A stretch of DNA of 64,000 nucleotides. Source: a virus. The translations under genes and the position numbers were made by a program. The notes below the pieces were generated by a model that was not told where the DNA came from, searched no databases, and saw only the letters and a program-made list of their open reading frames with translations. Location: positions 26,012-90,011 of the IMG/VR virus record IMGVR_UViG_3300037502_002304; one strand, written 5' to 3'. Shown here piece by piece: positions 31,109 to 40,126 of the stretch. How positions within the stretch are numbered: the stretch's first letter is position 1; each line of letters opens with the position of its first letter.

Positions 31109-31360
31109 TTAATTATTATCTTCAATTAATACTCCAAATGTAGCATTTTCTTCAAAATCTTTTAATGATGTTATTGGAACATCAGTTCCATAAAGCTCAT
31201 ATATCATATAAACTTCCTTACCATGTTTAAATCTATTTATGGCTTCTTTCTTGGTAATAACTTTATACTTACCCCCATACCTACAATTAATAATTAATTC
31301 CTTATAATTTTCTTTATTATTACCCATAACAATATTTATTATTCCTGAAGATATTATCAT
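31109..31360 (-). CDS. Hypothetical protein
   Basis: Packed ORF, start probably MGNN. Confidence 0.55.
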   Translation of the reverse strand: MIISSGIINIVMGNNKENYKELIINCRYGGKYKVITKKEAINRFKHGKEVYMIYELYGTDVPITSLKDFEENATFGVLIEDNN

Positions 31361-31523
31361 ATTCTAGAATAGAAATAGGTAATCCTTCTTCTGCCATATC
31401 TACAATAGCCTCTTTTTTAGCTAAGTCATGTAAGTTTTTTACCTCATCATGTGAATTATCTTTAATATCTTTATATTGAAAAGTATATTTAATTTTTCGG
31501 ATTAAAGTACTGATAATTCTCAT
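31320..31523 (-). CDS. Hypothetical protein
   Basis: ORF with A/T-rich leader. Confidence 0.5.
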   Translation of the reverse strand: MRIISTLIRKIKYTFQYKDIKDNSHDEVKNLHDLAKKEAIVDMAEEGLPISILEYDNIFRNNKYCYG

Positions 31524-31671
31524 AGTTATTAAATTTTAAAGTTAAAAGGCTTCCGCAGGGTTACTGGTTTGTTACTTTATAGTCTACTACTAACCCTTTT
31601 TCGACTTTAAACATGTAACCTAACAGCTCTCCTTACCTTATGGCTAGTGGGTTTTGGAAGCCTTAATTATT

Positions 31672-31944
31672 TTAAATATCTTCCAATACATCATCATCAG
31701 TAGCTACTATTGCTCCTGTAAGTCCTTTAATTGTTAAAAGTCCTATTTCTCTATCATCTTCCAGTAAAGGAAATATAGCAGCAGGTTCATTAATTTCTAG
31801 AAATTCTTCTTCAGAAATTTTCTCATTCTTAGGATCATTCATTAATTTAATGAACTTATTAATAAAGTCCTCATTTTCTTCGGTAAGTTCAACTTTAAAA
31901 AACAAACTACGTTCCTTGTCTTTATAATAAAAGGGACCAATCAT
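31672..31944 (-). CDS. Hypothetical acidic protein
   Basis: Packed ORF. Confidence 0.65.
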   Translation of the reverse strand: MIGPFYYKDKERSLFFKVELTEENEDFINKFIKLMNDPKNEKISEEEFLEINEPAAIFPLLEDDREIGLLTIKGLTGAIVATDDDVLEDI

Positions 31945-31949
31945 ATCAT

Positions 31950-32348
31950 TTAATTTATATTTCCTCCAGGATCTTTTATACTAAATATTGTAATATAAGA
32001 TAAATTCTCATTTTCTTCATATTGAATAGTAAAAACTACCCCTTCATAAGAAAACCAATAGTCTATAAAATCTTCTCTTACTTTCCAATAACTTAGTACC
32101 CTATAGTTTAATTTCTCTTTAAGTCTATCTGTAAGACTTGCTATAATATTAAAAGCATTGGAACCTACATATACTTGTACTCCTGTTATAGCTTTACCAT
32201 TATAAATAAAACTTTTTTCATCTACTTCTACTGAAGTAGGGATAGAAGATTTATAAAATATTGATATAGCTTGGGCTTCAGAGATTTCTTGAGCTTCAAG
32301 AAATTCTACAATGAATAATATTGCAAATATAGCTAATAATTTTTTCAT
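31950..32348 (-). CDS. Secreted hypothetical protein
   Basis: Signal peptide MKKLLAIFAILFIVEFLEA-Q. Confidence 0.7.
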   Translation of the reverse strand: MKKLLAIFAILFIVEFLEAQEISEAQAISIFYKSSIPTSVEVDEKSFIYNGKAITGVQVYVGSNAFNIIASLTDRLKEKLNYRVLSYWKVREDFIDYWFSYEGVVFTIQYEENENLSYITIFSIKDPGGNIN

Positions 32349-32360
32349 AACAAATAATTT

Positions 32361-33272
32361 TTAAGATTCAGTTTCAAATTCAGAATATGAATAAGAATTA
32401 TTATTGCCAGTACTTACGCTACGAGTAGCTCTTTTTAATAGACTAAGATAAGATTTTTCTGGAAGAACATATCCTTTATTATACCAATGATACATTCTTG
32501 CTAAAGCATTAATAGCAACAGCTTTATGTCTAAAAGAATAGTTAGTAGGAATAAGTATTTTAGTATCAAAACTTACCTTATCTATATAAAAGTTAGGACT
32601 TGAGTTAGAAAAAGTTATTTTACCTTGTTCTATAGTATAACAGAAGTAGTCTGGACCATTTGTTAAAATTTGTACTACTAAATCATCCTTTTTAAAAGTC
32701 ATAGCAGTTTTAGTTCCTGAAACAAATGTCCATCCTGTTTCATGGAATACATTCATAAGGTCTTGACCACCTTCTCTTTTATAGAATAAGTCATAATCTT
32801 TAGGTTTCCTATCTTCTAAAATATCTACAATAGCTCCTCCTGTTAATATTATATATCTAGGGTCTACAATAGGTTTTCTATTTTCTCTTGCTATTCTGAG
32901 ATACTCTTTAATAGAAGCATCAATTGCTTCAAATCCATTATCTTTTTTAATTTTTTCCACTAAATGGTTCATAGATGTATCAGTTTTAATGTTAAAAGGT
33001 ATGTTTAAAAAATTTGCTAATTTTTCTACATATTCAGCACTTCTATTTAGATTTTCTTCTATAAGTTTATTGTAATATATAGAAAAAGCTTCTGATCCTA
33101 TGTTTCTATAATTTATCAATACTTCAAACAAGATAAGTCTAGAGAATGCACTAGTAATATTTTCTTTTTTAATAAAAGTATATAATTTTGATAATAAATC
33201 TTGGAATTCTTCTGTATCCATAATAATTACATTAATAATAAAGGGGTTGAGACTATCATAGCGGGTTACCAT
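32361..33272 (-). CDS. Pol-beta superfamily nucleotidyltransferase (CCA/poly(A) polymerase head-like); start probably MDTEE
   Basis: ILTGGAIVD...KPKDYDLF motif, followed by T..A.TF and VVQIL. Confidence 0.65.
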   Translation of the reverse strand: MVTRYDSLNPFIINVIIMDTEEFQDLLSKLYTFIKKENITSAFSRLILFEVLINYRNIGSEAFSIYYNKLIEENLNRSAEYVEKLANFLNIPFNIKTDTSMNHLVEKIKKDNGFEAIDASIKEYLRIARENRKPIVDPRYIILTGGAIVDILEDRKPKDYDLFYKREGGQDLMNVFHETGWTFVSGTKTAMTFKKDDLVVQILTNGPDYFCYTIEQGKITFSNSSPNFYIDKVSFDTKILIPTNYSFRHKAVAINALARMYHWYNKGYVLPEKSYLSLLKRATRSVSTGNNNSYSYSEFETES

Positions 33273-33412
33273 TACTACGGTCTCTTCCCCTCTCTTTGCC
33301 TTACTTTGATAAATCCCTTGTTATTCATCATCTAAGGATAAATATAAAGTTAAAGCTACTATAATTATAACAAGTGCCATATAAATTATTTTAAGTGTCA
33401 TCATTTTATCAA

Positions 33413-33706
33413 TTAATAAAAGAAATTAGTGATTTTATCGATCCATTTAGATATATTTGTAATATTTGGGAAAACAGTTTTTAACTTTTTGTATATATAT
33501 CTAAGTACTAAGATCAATAATTTATATATTACATGGATTATAAGATACATAAAAGTAGCTGGCCAAAATGTTAGAAGAATCATAAGCCCCATTATATCTG
33601 AATTATCTGCTTTCCAATTATTTTCTTCTGATTGAACGACATATATTAACAAACCTGCTAAAAGTATCGGTAATAATCCTATTAAATATATCTTTATAAA
33701 TATCAT
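33413..33706 (-). CDS. Membrane protein (2 TM, WP motif)
   Basis: IYLIG...LTFWPA; resembles 33703-33987 and 6800-7036. Confidence 0.65.
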   Translation of the reverse strand: MIFIKIYLIGLLPILLAGLLIYVVQSEENNWKADNSDIMGLMILLTFWPATFMYLIIHVIYKLLILVLRYIYKKLKTVFPNITNISKWIDKITNFFY

Positions 33707-33987
33707 TTTGGTATAATTTTAGTTAAACAACTTTTTAATTTTCTAATTAAAAATATAATATTCTTTACTATATAGTAAGATAAATAATAAATTAGTACCG
33801 TTAATACAACTATTACTACTGCACTTAATATAAAGGGCCATGTTAATACAAAGAAAAATCCTAGAGCTATATCTTCAAAGTCTCTTTCTTTTAGTTTATC
33901 TAAATTATCAAGTGTAGCAATTAATATCAAATATAATACTGTGAGAATTATAAATCCTATGAAATAAATTGATCCCATAAGTTCCAT
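33703..33987 (-). CDS. Membrane protein (2 TM, WP motif)
   Basis: IYFIG...LTWPF. Confidence 0.65.
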   Translation of the reverse strand: MELMGSIYFIGFIILTVLYLILIATLDNLDKLKERDFEDIALGFFFVLTWPFILSAVVIVVLTVLIYYLSYYIVKNIIFLIRKLKSCLTKIIPK

Positions 33988-34043
33988 TAGAATGTTCTTT
34001 TAATATTTTAGTTAGTAACATGATTTTATAGATTTAACTGTTC

Positions 34044-34391
34044 CTAACATACTTCTATAAAATTCTTTATTAATATCTCTAATACTTTAGGTTGTATAAC
34101 ACATTCACCATATTCATTAGCGATTATATAGTTTTCTACTTCTTCCGCTAATTCTTTATAACTTTTAGGCACTGTCTTATATAACCTATCTATTTTCTTT
34201 TTAGCAGCTTCAATAGCTTCTTCTTCTGTAGGAAATCCTAATGTATAATTATCTAAATTACTACGATAACCAAGAAGAGCTTTTCCACATATTGAATCTG
34301 CATGAAAACTATTATCTTCAGTACTTTGATATACTGTAATCTCAATATTCCTATATTGTATATCTTTAATCTTTTTTAATTCACTTGTCAT
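34044..34391 (-). CDS. Hypothetical protein
   Basis: Packed ORF (FPTEEEAIEAAKKKID). Confidence 0.65.
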   Translation of the reverse strand: MTSELKKIKDIQYRNIEITVYQSTEDNSFHADSICGKALLGYRSNLDNYTLGFPTEEEAIEAAKKKIDRLYKTVPKSYKELAEEVENYIIANEYGECVIQPKVLEILIKNFIEVC

Positions 34392-34406
34392 AACTTATAA
34401 TTTTAA

Positions 34407-34736
34407 TTATCTCTTTATATAATCTTCGGTTAAACCAGCTTCACTAACTTGATTTCCATATTTATCTGCTACAAAAAAACCATAGCAAGTAAATATTTCT
34501 GCATCAAATTTTCCAAAGGCCACATAACCTTCTTTAAGAATTATTTCTTCTTCTGTACCTATATTTACACCAAATACTACATGATCTCATACTTTGTATG
34601 TAGTATCTCCTATTGTTACGAATGTTGCATCAGAATGTATTTTTGAGTCTTTATGCACATCTTTTTCAGAGGATTCATTTGTTAAAATCGAAACAAATTT
34701 TCTATATGATTGTTCCAATTCTTCTGAAGTTTTCAT
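34407..34736 (-). pseudogene. 110-codon gene interrupted by an in-frame TGA (absent from ORF track)
   Basis: MKTSEELEQ...TTYKV*DHVVFGVNIG...DYIKR*; TGA at 34587-34589, frame continues to TAA at 34407. Confidence 0.6.
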
Positions 34737-34841
34737 AGTTATAATTTTAATTATATTATAATAAAAAGTGCCAGTCTCTCCTGGCAGTCACACCTATAGA
34801 GTTTTTAAACGATAATCATTTTATTATAGAAATATAAATTA

Positions 34842-35042
34842 TTATTCGTTTAAATATTCATCAATTTCATGTGATTCTACATAACCTTCTGAAATTTCTT
34901 TTAATCTGTGTTCAGGTACAAAATAAGCTGAAGAGCCTACTTTAGATAATAGAGGTTCATCATTAATGAGAATACACTCATCAAACCATTCTTTATCCAT
35001 TAATATCTGAGAAAATGGCCATTCTACAATTACATATTTCAT
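34842..35042 (-). CDS. Hypothetical protein
   Basis: YVIVEWP.SQ.LM...WF...GSSAYFVP. Confidence 0.7.
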   Translation of the reverse strand: MKYVIVEWPFSQILMDKEWFDECILINDEPLLSKVGSSAYFVPEHRLKEISEGYVESHEIDEYLNE

Positions 35043-35059
35043 AATAATTTCATTATTTA

Positions 35060-35356
35060 TTATTGTTGAGGTTGAATATACTTTTTATAAATAGTATTTG
35101 CTATTTCATCACAATCAAGTTCTCTATCTTGGGGATAGTAATTTTCTAATATTATATCTTGTATGTCTTTGATAATTGCATATTTATCTAAAAACTTAAA
35201 GTTTTGATTATGTTCTTTTACTAAATTTTCAGCACTTTCTATATTAGTACATGTACCAATTACCTTTCCTTCTGCAGTTCTAATTTCATGTCTAAGTTTG
35301 TCTAAAGGACATACAAACCATTTTTTAGCATAAACGTTTATATTATTTGCTTCCAT
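35060..35356 (-). CDS. Hypothetical protein
   Basis: Packed ORF. Confidence 0.65.
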   Translation of the reverse strand: MEANNINVYAKKWFVCPLDKLRHEIRTAEGKVIGTCTNIESAENLVKEHNQNFKFLDKYAIIKDIQDIILENYYPQDRELDCDEIANTIYKKYIQPQQ

Positions 35357-35433
35357 TGTTATAAAGTTTTATTTAGATATGGTTAATAAATTAAATAGTA
35401 GCAGTACTATAATAGTACCACTACTAAAGATAA

Positions 35434-35820
35434 TTAAATTATTTCCCAACTCTTCACTTTGCCCCCTAAATGTTCGGCAATCTCTTGAAGATGTGGTTCA
35501 ATCTTTTCTTTGAATGAAGCATGTTTCCAATTCTGAGCAAGTTTACCCATCGGTGATCTTAACCACCTATGTAATCCTTCCTCAGGTGGAACAGGTCTTT
35601 CTAAAGCATGTTTAATGAAATGATAACTTAAAGTAATGACCTGAGTAGCTTCTTTATACTCTGGTCTTACTACTGCCTTCATTGGTTCAGTAATAGTCAT
35701 CTTCTCTTCTTTAGAGAAAGAATTTTTGACATTAATTTTGGCTTCTTTATAAACACCCTGGCGTACCAAGTACTTGCCTCTGCTAACAGTCAGCAAGATT
35801 TTTGAAGTAGAATCAATCAT
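35434..35820 (-). CDS. Hypothetical protein
   Basis: ORF followed by hairpin TAGTAG...CTACTA. Confidence 0.7.
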   Translation of the reverse strand: MIDSTSKILLTVSRGKYLVRQGVYKEAKINVKNSFSKEEKMTITEPMKAVVRPEYKEATQVITLSYHFIKHALERPVPPEEGLHRWLRSPMGKLAQNWKHASFKEKIEPHLQEIAEHLGGKVKSWEII

Positions 35821-35855
35821 TATAATAATATAGGTTATATAATAATATAAATTTA

Positions 35856-36299
35856 TTATTTGTTTTGGTTTATAGCTAAATTCTTAGGATTCCAGTAGGT
35901 AATACATACTGGATAATATAACATACTCATATCTGTACCAATCTCAGCAACTACTTTATTAGTAACTGCATCAGTTATCTCAAGTATATCATAACAAGCT
36001 TGTATACTGAAAGCATCTAATATGCTTGGTTTCATTTGGCATATTACTTTCTGTGGTGGAAATGTATTAGACACCTTCTCTTCTGTTATCTCTAGCTCTC
36101 CTAAGAATGACCTTTGTCCATCATCAGGGTTTTCTACTGCTTCATAAGTAATGCCATCTAATATAAACCTGACAACATTTACTTCAACAGTTTTATCACG
36201 AGTATCTTTTATAGTCTTTTTAGAAATATCAAACCCTGACAACATATGCTCCCCTACTAAGTCTTTCAAAGTAATATTATCTCTTATCGGGTATTCCAT
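35856..36299 (-). CDS. Hypothetical phage protein
   Basis: F.LDG.TY.A.E.P.DG.RS and EIGT...YYP motifs. Confidence 0.72.
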   Translation of the reverse strand: MEYPIRDNITLKDLVGEHMLSGFDISKKTIKDTRDKTVEVNVVRFILDGITYEAVENPDDGQRSFLGELEITEEKVSNTFPPQKVICQMKPSILDAFSIQACYDILEITDAVTNKVVAEIGTDMSMLYYPVCITYWNPKNLAINQNK

Positions 36300-36380
36300 A
36301 GTTACAAATGATTATTTTGGTTAATGAATAAAAGACTCCTTACCCTAATGGTTAGAGTAAGAAGTCCATATTATATTATC

Positions 36381-36935
36381 CTATGCTTCTCCAGAGATGA
36401 GGGTTTCAAGGCTTGCAGATGGGGTGGATTGTTTAGCAGCCTCTGCAGCTTCTTTCTTCACATCCACTCTCTCAGTTACTTCAAGAGTATCGTGTCCTTT
36501 CTTCTGGAACTCATCGTGGCTACAAATTTGGGTAGTCCTATAGATAGGTTTACCATTATTCAGAAGGATATTACCATTTCTATCAACTCTTGGTTGTTGT
36601 CCATCAAACCAAGCTTTAAGGCTATCCTTCACCCTAATAGTTCCAGGAATAGTAGCTCCTTTTGGAAGGTCTTGAGCCACTTTTGCAGAAGCATTCTGTA
36701 TAGCTCTCATATATACTTCTGTAGAGCTCCATCCTAACAACTGAGCACCCAAATCAGATACTTCAGTATTAGAGCTAGGAAGTCCTGTTACTTTAGCCAT
36801 GAAGTACAGATTTACATACTCTTCATTAGAGGTCTGTACTTTATCAATAAGCACTAATTTACCTTCATCCAGAGCTTTTTTAATCTCTGCATTGGCTAAC
36901 AGTTCTTCATTGGTTAAATTCCTGTTCAAATCCAT
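36381..36935 (-). CDS. Hypothetical early protein
   Basis: 184-aa ORF behind promoter copy 1, followed by hairpin GACTTCTTACTCTA..TAGGGTAAGGAGTC. Confidence 0.75.
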   Translation of the reverse strand: MDLNRNLTNEELLANAEIKKALDEGKLVLIDKVQTSNEEYVNLYFMAKVTGLPSSNTEVSDLGAQLLGWSSTEVYMRAIQNASAKVAQDLPKGATIPGTIRVKDSLKAWFDGQQPRVDRNGNILLNNGKPIYRTTQICSHDEFQKKGHDTLEVTERVDVKKEAAEAAKQSTPSASLETLISGEA

Positions 36936-37508
36936 AATTTATGATTTTAAAGTTAGACAATATATTAATTTAATTTAAGCACTGTGCAGTGCCATAGTTT
37001 CGAAAGGGATGCAACGCAGCGAGTCCCATTTTACTATAGATTATAGGTTATAGGATTATTGATTAAGGGACTATTGAGTTTTGGGCTATGGGCTCTGGGC
37101 TTGGGGGGTTGCGGGGCGGCGTAGTAGTGGAAATAAAGAGCAGTTTAACCACATGCTCAGGTGGGATGTTTAACCTTTAGGCCACACTCTACGTCTATGT
37201 GGCCTGTAATTACGATTAGTACAAGCATAATATTGCCCCTGTACTATCGATTCTTTAGCAGCCTGATTAATTTTTTCACAAACAATCATAGCTGACCTAC
37301 TGTAACCTACCCTCGTCCCTGAATATATCGGACTAGATAGGGTATTTTTTCTATCCCCAAGTTCACATAATATATTATGAACTTTAGGGTTTGTGGAATA
37401 TATTAACTTACCCCTCATGATTCTTCCTTTTAACATTATTATACCATACAATAATAATTATACTCCATACTGCTAATGTTGCTAAGAATGTTATCATAGT
37501 ACTATGTT

Positions 37509-37727
37509 TTAATGATTAATAAATCTCAATCGTACTCCAACTTTACCATTACCATAACGATACATCCCATCAGTTGGTATATTTAGGTCATCGCATTTCT
37601 TCAGGAATAGATAGGCATCAGATTCATTATTAAAACCTTCTATAGTATCCCATACTGCCCTAAAGTTTAACTTTATATTAGGCTCTAATTGTCTACCATA
37701 CTCCATTAATTCCTCTATAATAGTCAT
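37509..37727 (-). CDS. Small early protein
   Basis: Behind promoter copy 2. Confidence 0.65.
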   Translation of the reverse strand: MTIIEELMEYGRQLEPNIKLNFRAVWDTIEGFNNESDAYLFLKKCDDLNIPTDGMYRYGNGKVGVRLRFINH

Positions 37728-37874
37728 GATAATATATTTTAATGGTTAATATTAAGAGGTACACATCAGGATTTAGAAAGGGAAGCGTAGCTACGAGTCG
37801 CATTTTACTATTGAGTATAGATTATAGTATTCTAGGAAAGGAAAGGCAATAGCTAATAACTACTGCCTATTATC

Positions 37875-38102
37875 CTAATAAGTATCTACTATAGAAGCAT
37901 CCTCAGGGTCAAATTCTATGTAGTCATCAGGTATTTTAGGAACATCTAATCCCCTGCGTTTAGCCTCTTTTGATATCCTCTGTATCCACTTAAAACTACC
38001 ATTATTTCTTATCAAATACTTAATGGTGTTTAATAAATGACTATCAGTCATATCTTTGATGGCTATCTTTCTGCCATCTCTTGTAGTCCACTTCTTTGCC
38101 AT
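37875..38102 (-). CDS. Small early protein
   Basis: WTTRDG..I.IKDMTDSHL.NTI motif; behind promoter copy 3. Confidence 0.72.
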   Translation of the reverse strand: MAKKWTTRDGRKIAIKDMTDSHLLNTIKYLIRNNGSFKWIQRISKEAKRRGLDVPKIPDDYIEFDPEDASIVDTY

Positions 38103-38214
38103 GATTATTATAGATTATAGATTATAGAACATAAACCATAGAACTGTTTGACTTTAGAGTTATAAACTTGAGCCCATTTTTAGAAAAGAACAGAGCCGAA
38201 GCCCTGTTATACTG

Positions 38215-38502
38215 CTACAACTCCATGACGATGTTTCCATCAGCCATGTTATGCAGCAGCAAAAACTCACCACCATCGTTCTCTACCAGAGAAACAGCGA
38301 GTTTATTTGGGTCTACTTGTTTAAGATCCACTTGGCTACTAACGTGGCCAATTAACTTACCACAACGAAAGAAATAACTTCCCCCATCCTTCCGTTTAAT
38401 AATGCGGAAAGAATCTTTCTGTTGCTCTTTTACTTCACTGATGCTAAGAGTTTTGTGAAAAATAAGTGCTTCCATGATAATTGAATTTAATTGGTTAAAC
38501 AT
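38215..38502 (-). CDS. Small early protein (start probably MEALIF)
   Basis: Behind promoter copy 4; stop overlaps a hairpin. Confidence 0.65.
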   Translation of the reverse strand: MFNQLNSIIMEALIFHKTLSISEVKEQQKDSFRIIKRKDGGSYFFRCGKLIGHVSSQVDLKQVDPNKLAVSLVENDGGEFLLLHNMADGNIVMEL

Positions 38503-38581
38503 CAGAGATTAGACAAGGATGTATACAACGAGCCCATTTTATCATTATTTCAGTAGAAGAAAAGAGTAGTAGCCTTAGCCA

Positions 38582-38827
38582 CTACTCATCTCCTTCGAAG
38601 ATGTGACCATCGATATGACAGCCACCCCCCAGCTCTTCATTGAGAGCAAGGGCTTGGTCAAAGGTTAACCCTTGTATGAGCGTAGGTACATAAGTACCTT
38701 TTCGCCCAACACTATTAAAGTTATAAGTTGTTAACCCGTTTTCACGGGTTTCAACCTTATTCTCAGCTAATTCCATAGCTTTAGCATCCATATAAAGTCT
38801 CATAATACTTAATTTAAAGTTAAACAT
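38582..38827 (-). CDS. Small early protein (start probably MRLYM)
   Basis: Behind promoter copy 5; stop inside GAGTAGTGGC-taa-GGCTACTACTC hairpin. Confidence 0.65.
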   Translation of the reverse strand: MFNFKLSIMRLYMDAKAMELAENKVETRENGLTTYNFNSVGRKGTYVPTLIQGLTFDQALALNEELGGGCHIDGHIFEGDE

Positions 38828-38925
38828 CAGTGTAAATAAAAGGATGTATTCAATGATTCACATTTTACCATTGAATATATCTTATAATATTTCCAGTAAA
38901 GAAAAGAGAGTAGCAGCCATAGCCG

Positions 38926-39279
38926 CTACTTCTCCAATAGTTGGTAAGCTTCCAGGGCAGTCTCGTAACGCATCCCCTTATCATCTGCTTCTCTGCACGT
39001 AGCGTGCATTAAAGCGTCTTCCCACAGCTCTTCCAACTCCTCCTCGTTTAACCTAGCCCTCTTCCACTCCATAGTGTAAAGGGCCGAAGTGTACCCTTCG
39101 TAGATGGCCTTCTCTACTTCGGGGTTTACTTCTACGCAAAACCCCGAGTATTTATTTAGCATAAACTTTCCATCTGAGGTTCTCAAGAGCCAGTCAGGGC
39201 TGGCTTTACAGGACGTCTCAATCCCAAGTTTTAGGTGCTTGAGATCCTCTGCATATAATTTCAGTAAGTCATTATCCAT
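38926..39279 (-). CDS. Small early protein
   Basis: Behind promoter copy 6; stop inside AGTAGCGGC-tat-GGCTGCTACT hairpin. Confidence 0.68.
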   Translation of the reverse strand: MDNDLLKLYAEDLKHLKLGIETSCKASPDWLLRTSDGKFMLNKYSGFCVEVNPEVEKAIYEGYTSALYTMEWKRARLNEEELEELWEDALMHATCREADDKGMRYETALEAYQLLEK

Positions 39280-39355
39280 AGCAATAATATTTAAAGTTAA
39301 ACATCAGGGCTAGTGAAGGGATGTATTCAATAAGCCCCATTTATTCATTAATTAA

Positions 39356-39541
39356 AGTGGTCTTGAGAGGAATCGAACCTCTTATTGCGTGGTCTTTACC
39401 CTGATACTATGGTGTTAACAGACTTATCTTACGATAAGCGGCTTGTATCACTACAAGACCATTACTCTGTCCCTATCACTTCTGATTCCCAGAGCAGCCA
39501 GAAGTCTCCCTTATACCACGCTTAGCAAACCTGCCAAGACC
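39356..39541 (-). ncRNA. tRNA/tmRNA-shaped structured RNA, about 185 nt
   Basis: Acceptor stem GGTCTTG/CAAGACC+A; T-arm AGAGG-TTCGATT-CCTCT; GCGTGGT/ACCACGC helix enclosing a pseudoknot and two GNRA hairpins; begins exactly at promoter copy 7. Confidence 0.7.
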
Positions 39542-39673
39542 ATAGGTTACAAAAGGATGTGTAGCAACGAGTTACATTTTGTTATAGATTATTTATTATA
39601 GATTATTATAGATTATAAACTAATTAATTTGTTTTAAAAGAGAACCTGACCAGTTGGCCAGGCCTCTTCCCCT

Positions 39674-40009
39674 TTAAACTAGAGCAGGTTCAACCTTGGT
39701 ACTGGGGTCGGGGGTTCCCCAGTACTCAGATTCTACGATGTGAGGGTTACGGTATTCGTAGTCCTCGTCATCAAAATAAGCCTCCATTTCTTCACGTACT
39801 TCCTCAAGAGTCTTTCCAATAAGACTCTCAAGAAAGCCGTTACCCCAACCGTCCCAGAACCAGTTGGTTTCATAGGACGAATCGTCATAAACATTAATTA
39901 TGATATTTTTACGGTTAACCTCCACAATGCAGCTTGTAGAGGCACCATAGGTGCTCTCGTGAATAGCAAATCTATAACGTTTCATACATACAGATTTAAA
40001 GTTAAACAT
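39674..40009 (-). CDS. Small acidic early protein (start probably MKRYRF)
   Basis: Behind promoter copy 8. Confidence 0.65.
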   Translation of the reverse strand: MFNFKSVCMKRYRFAIHESTYGASTSCIVEVNRKNIIINVYDDSSYETNWFWDGWGNGFLESLIGKTLEEVREEMEAYFDDEDYEYRNPHIVESEYWGTPDPSTKVEPALV

Positions 40010-40126
40010 CAGAGTTAATATAGGGATTTTAGTCCCATTTTATCATTGATTATAAGCACATTTTGTTATTTCTAACAGAACTTACTCACTAAAAACCAGT
40101 CAAGAAGACTGGCAAAGAGACCCTCC

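Noticed and set aside
34765-34795. GGTGTGAC-TGCCAG-gagaga-CTGGCA-CTTTT element as a distinct RNA motif
   Set aside because: Adequately explained as a simple terminator hairpin; single copy in the window
37170-37451. 93-aa ORF as a real CDS
   Set aside because: Atypical composition, overlaps a small upstream hydrophobic ORF, and coincides with dense hairpins; left uncalled
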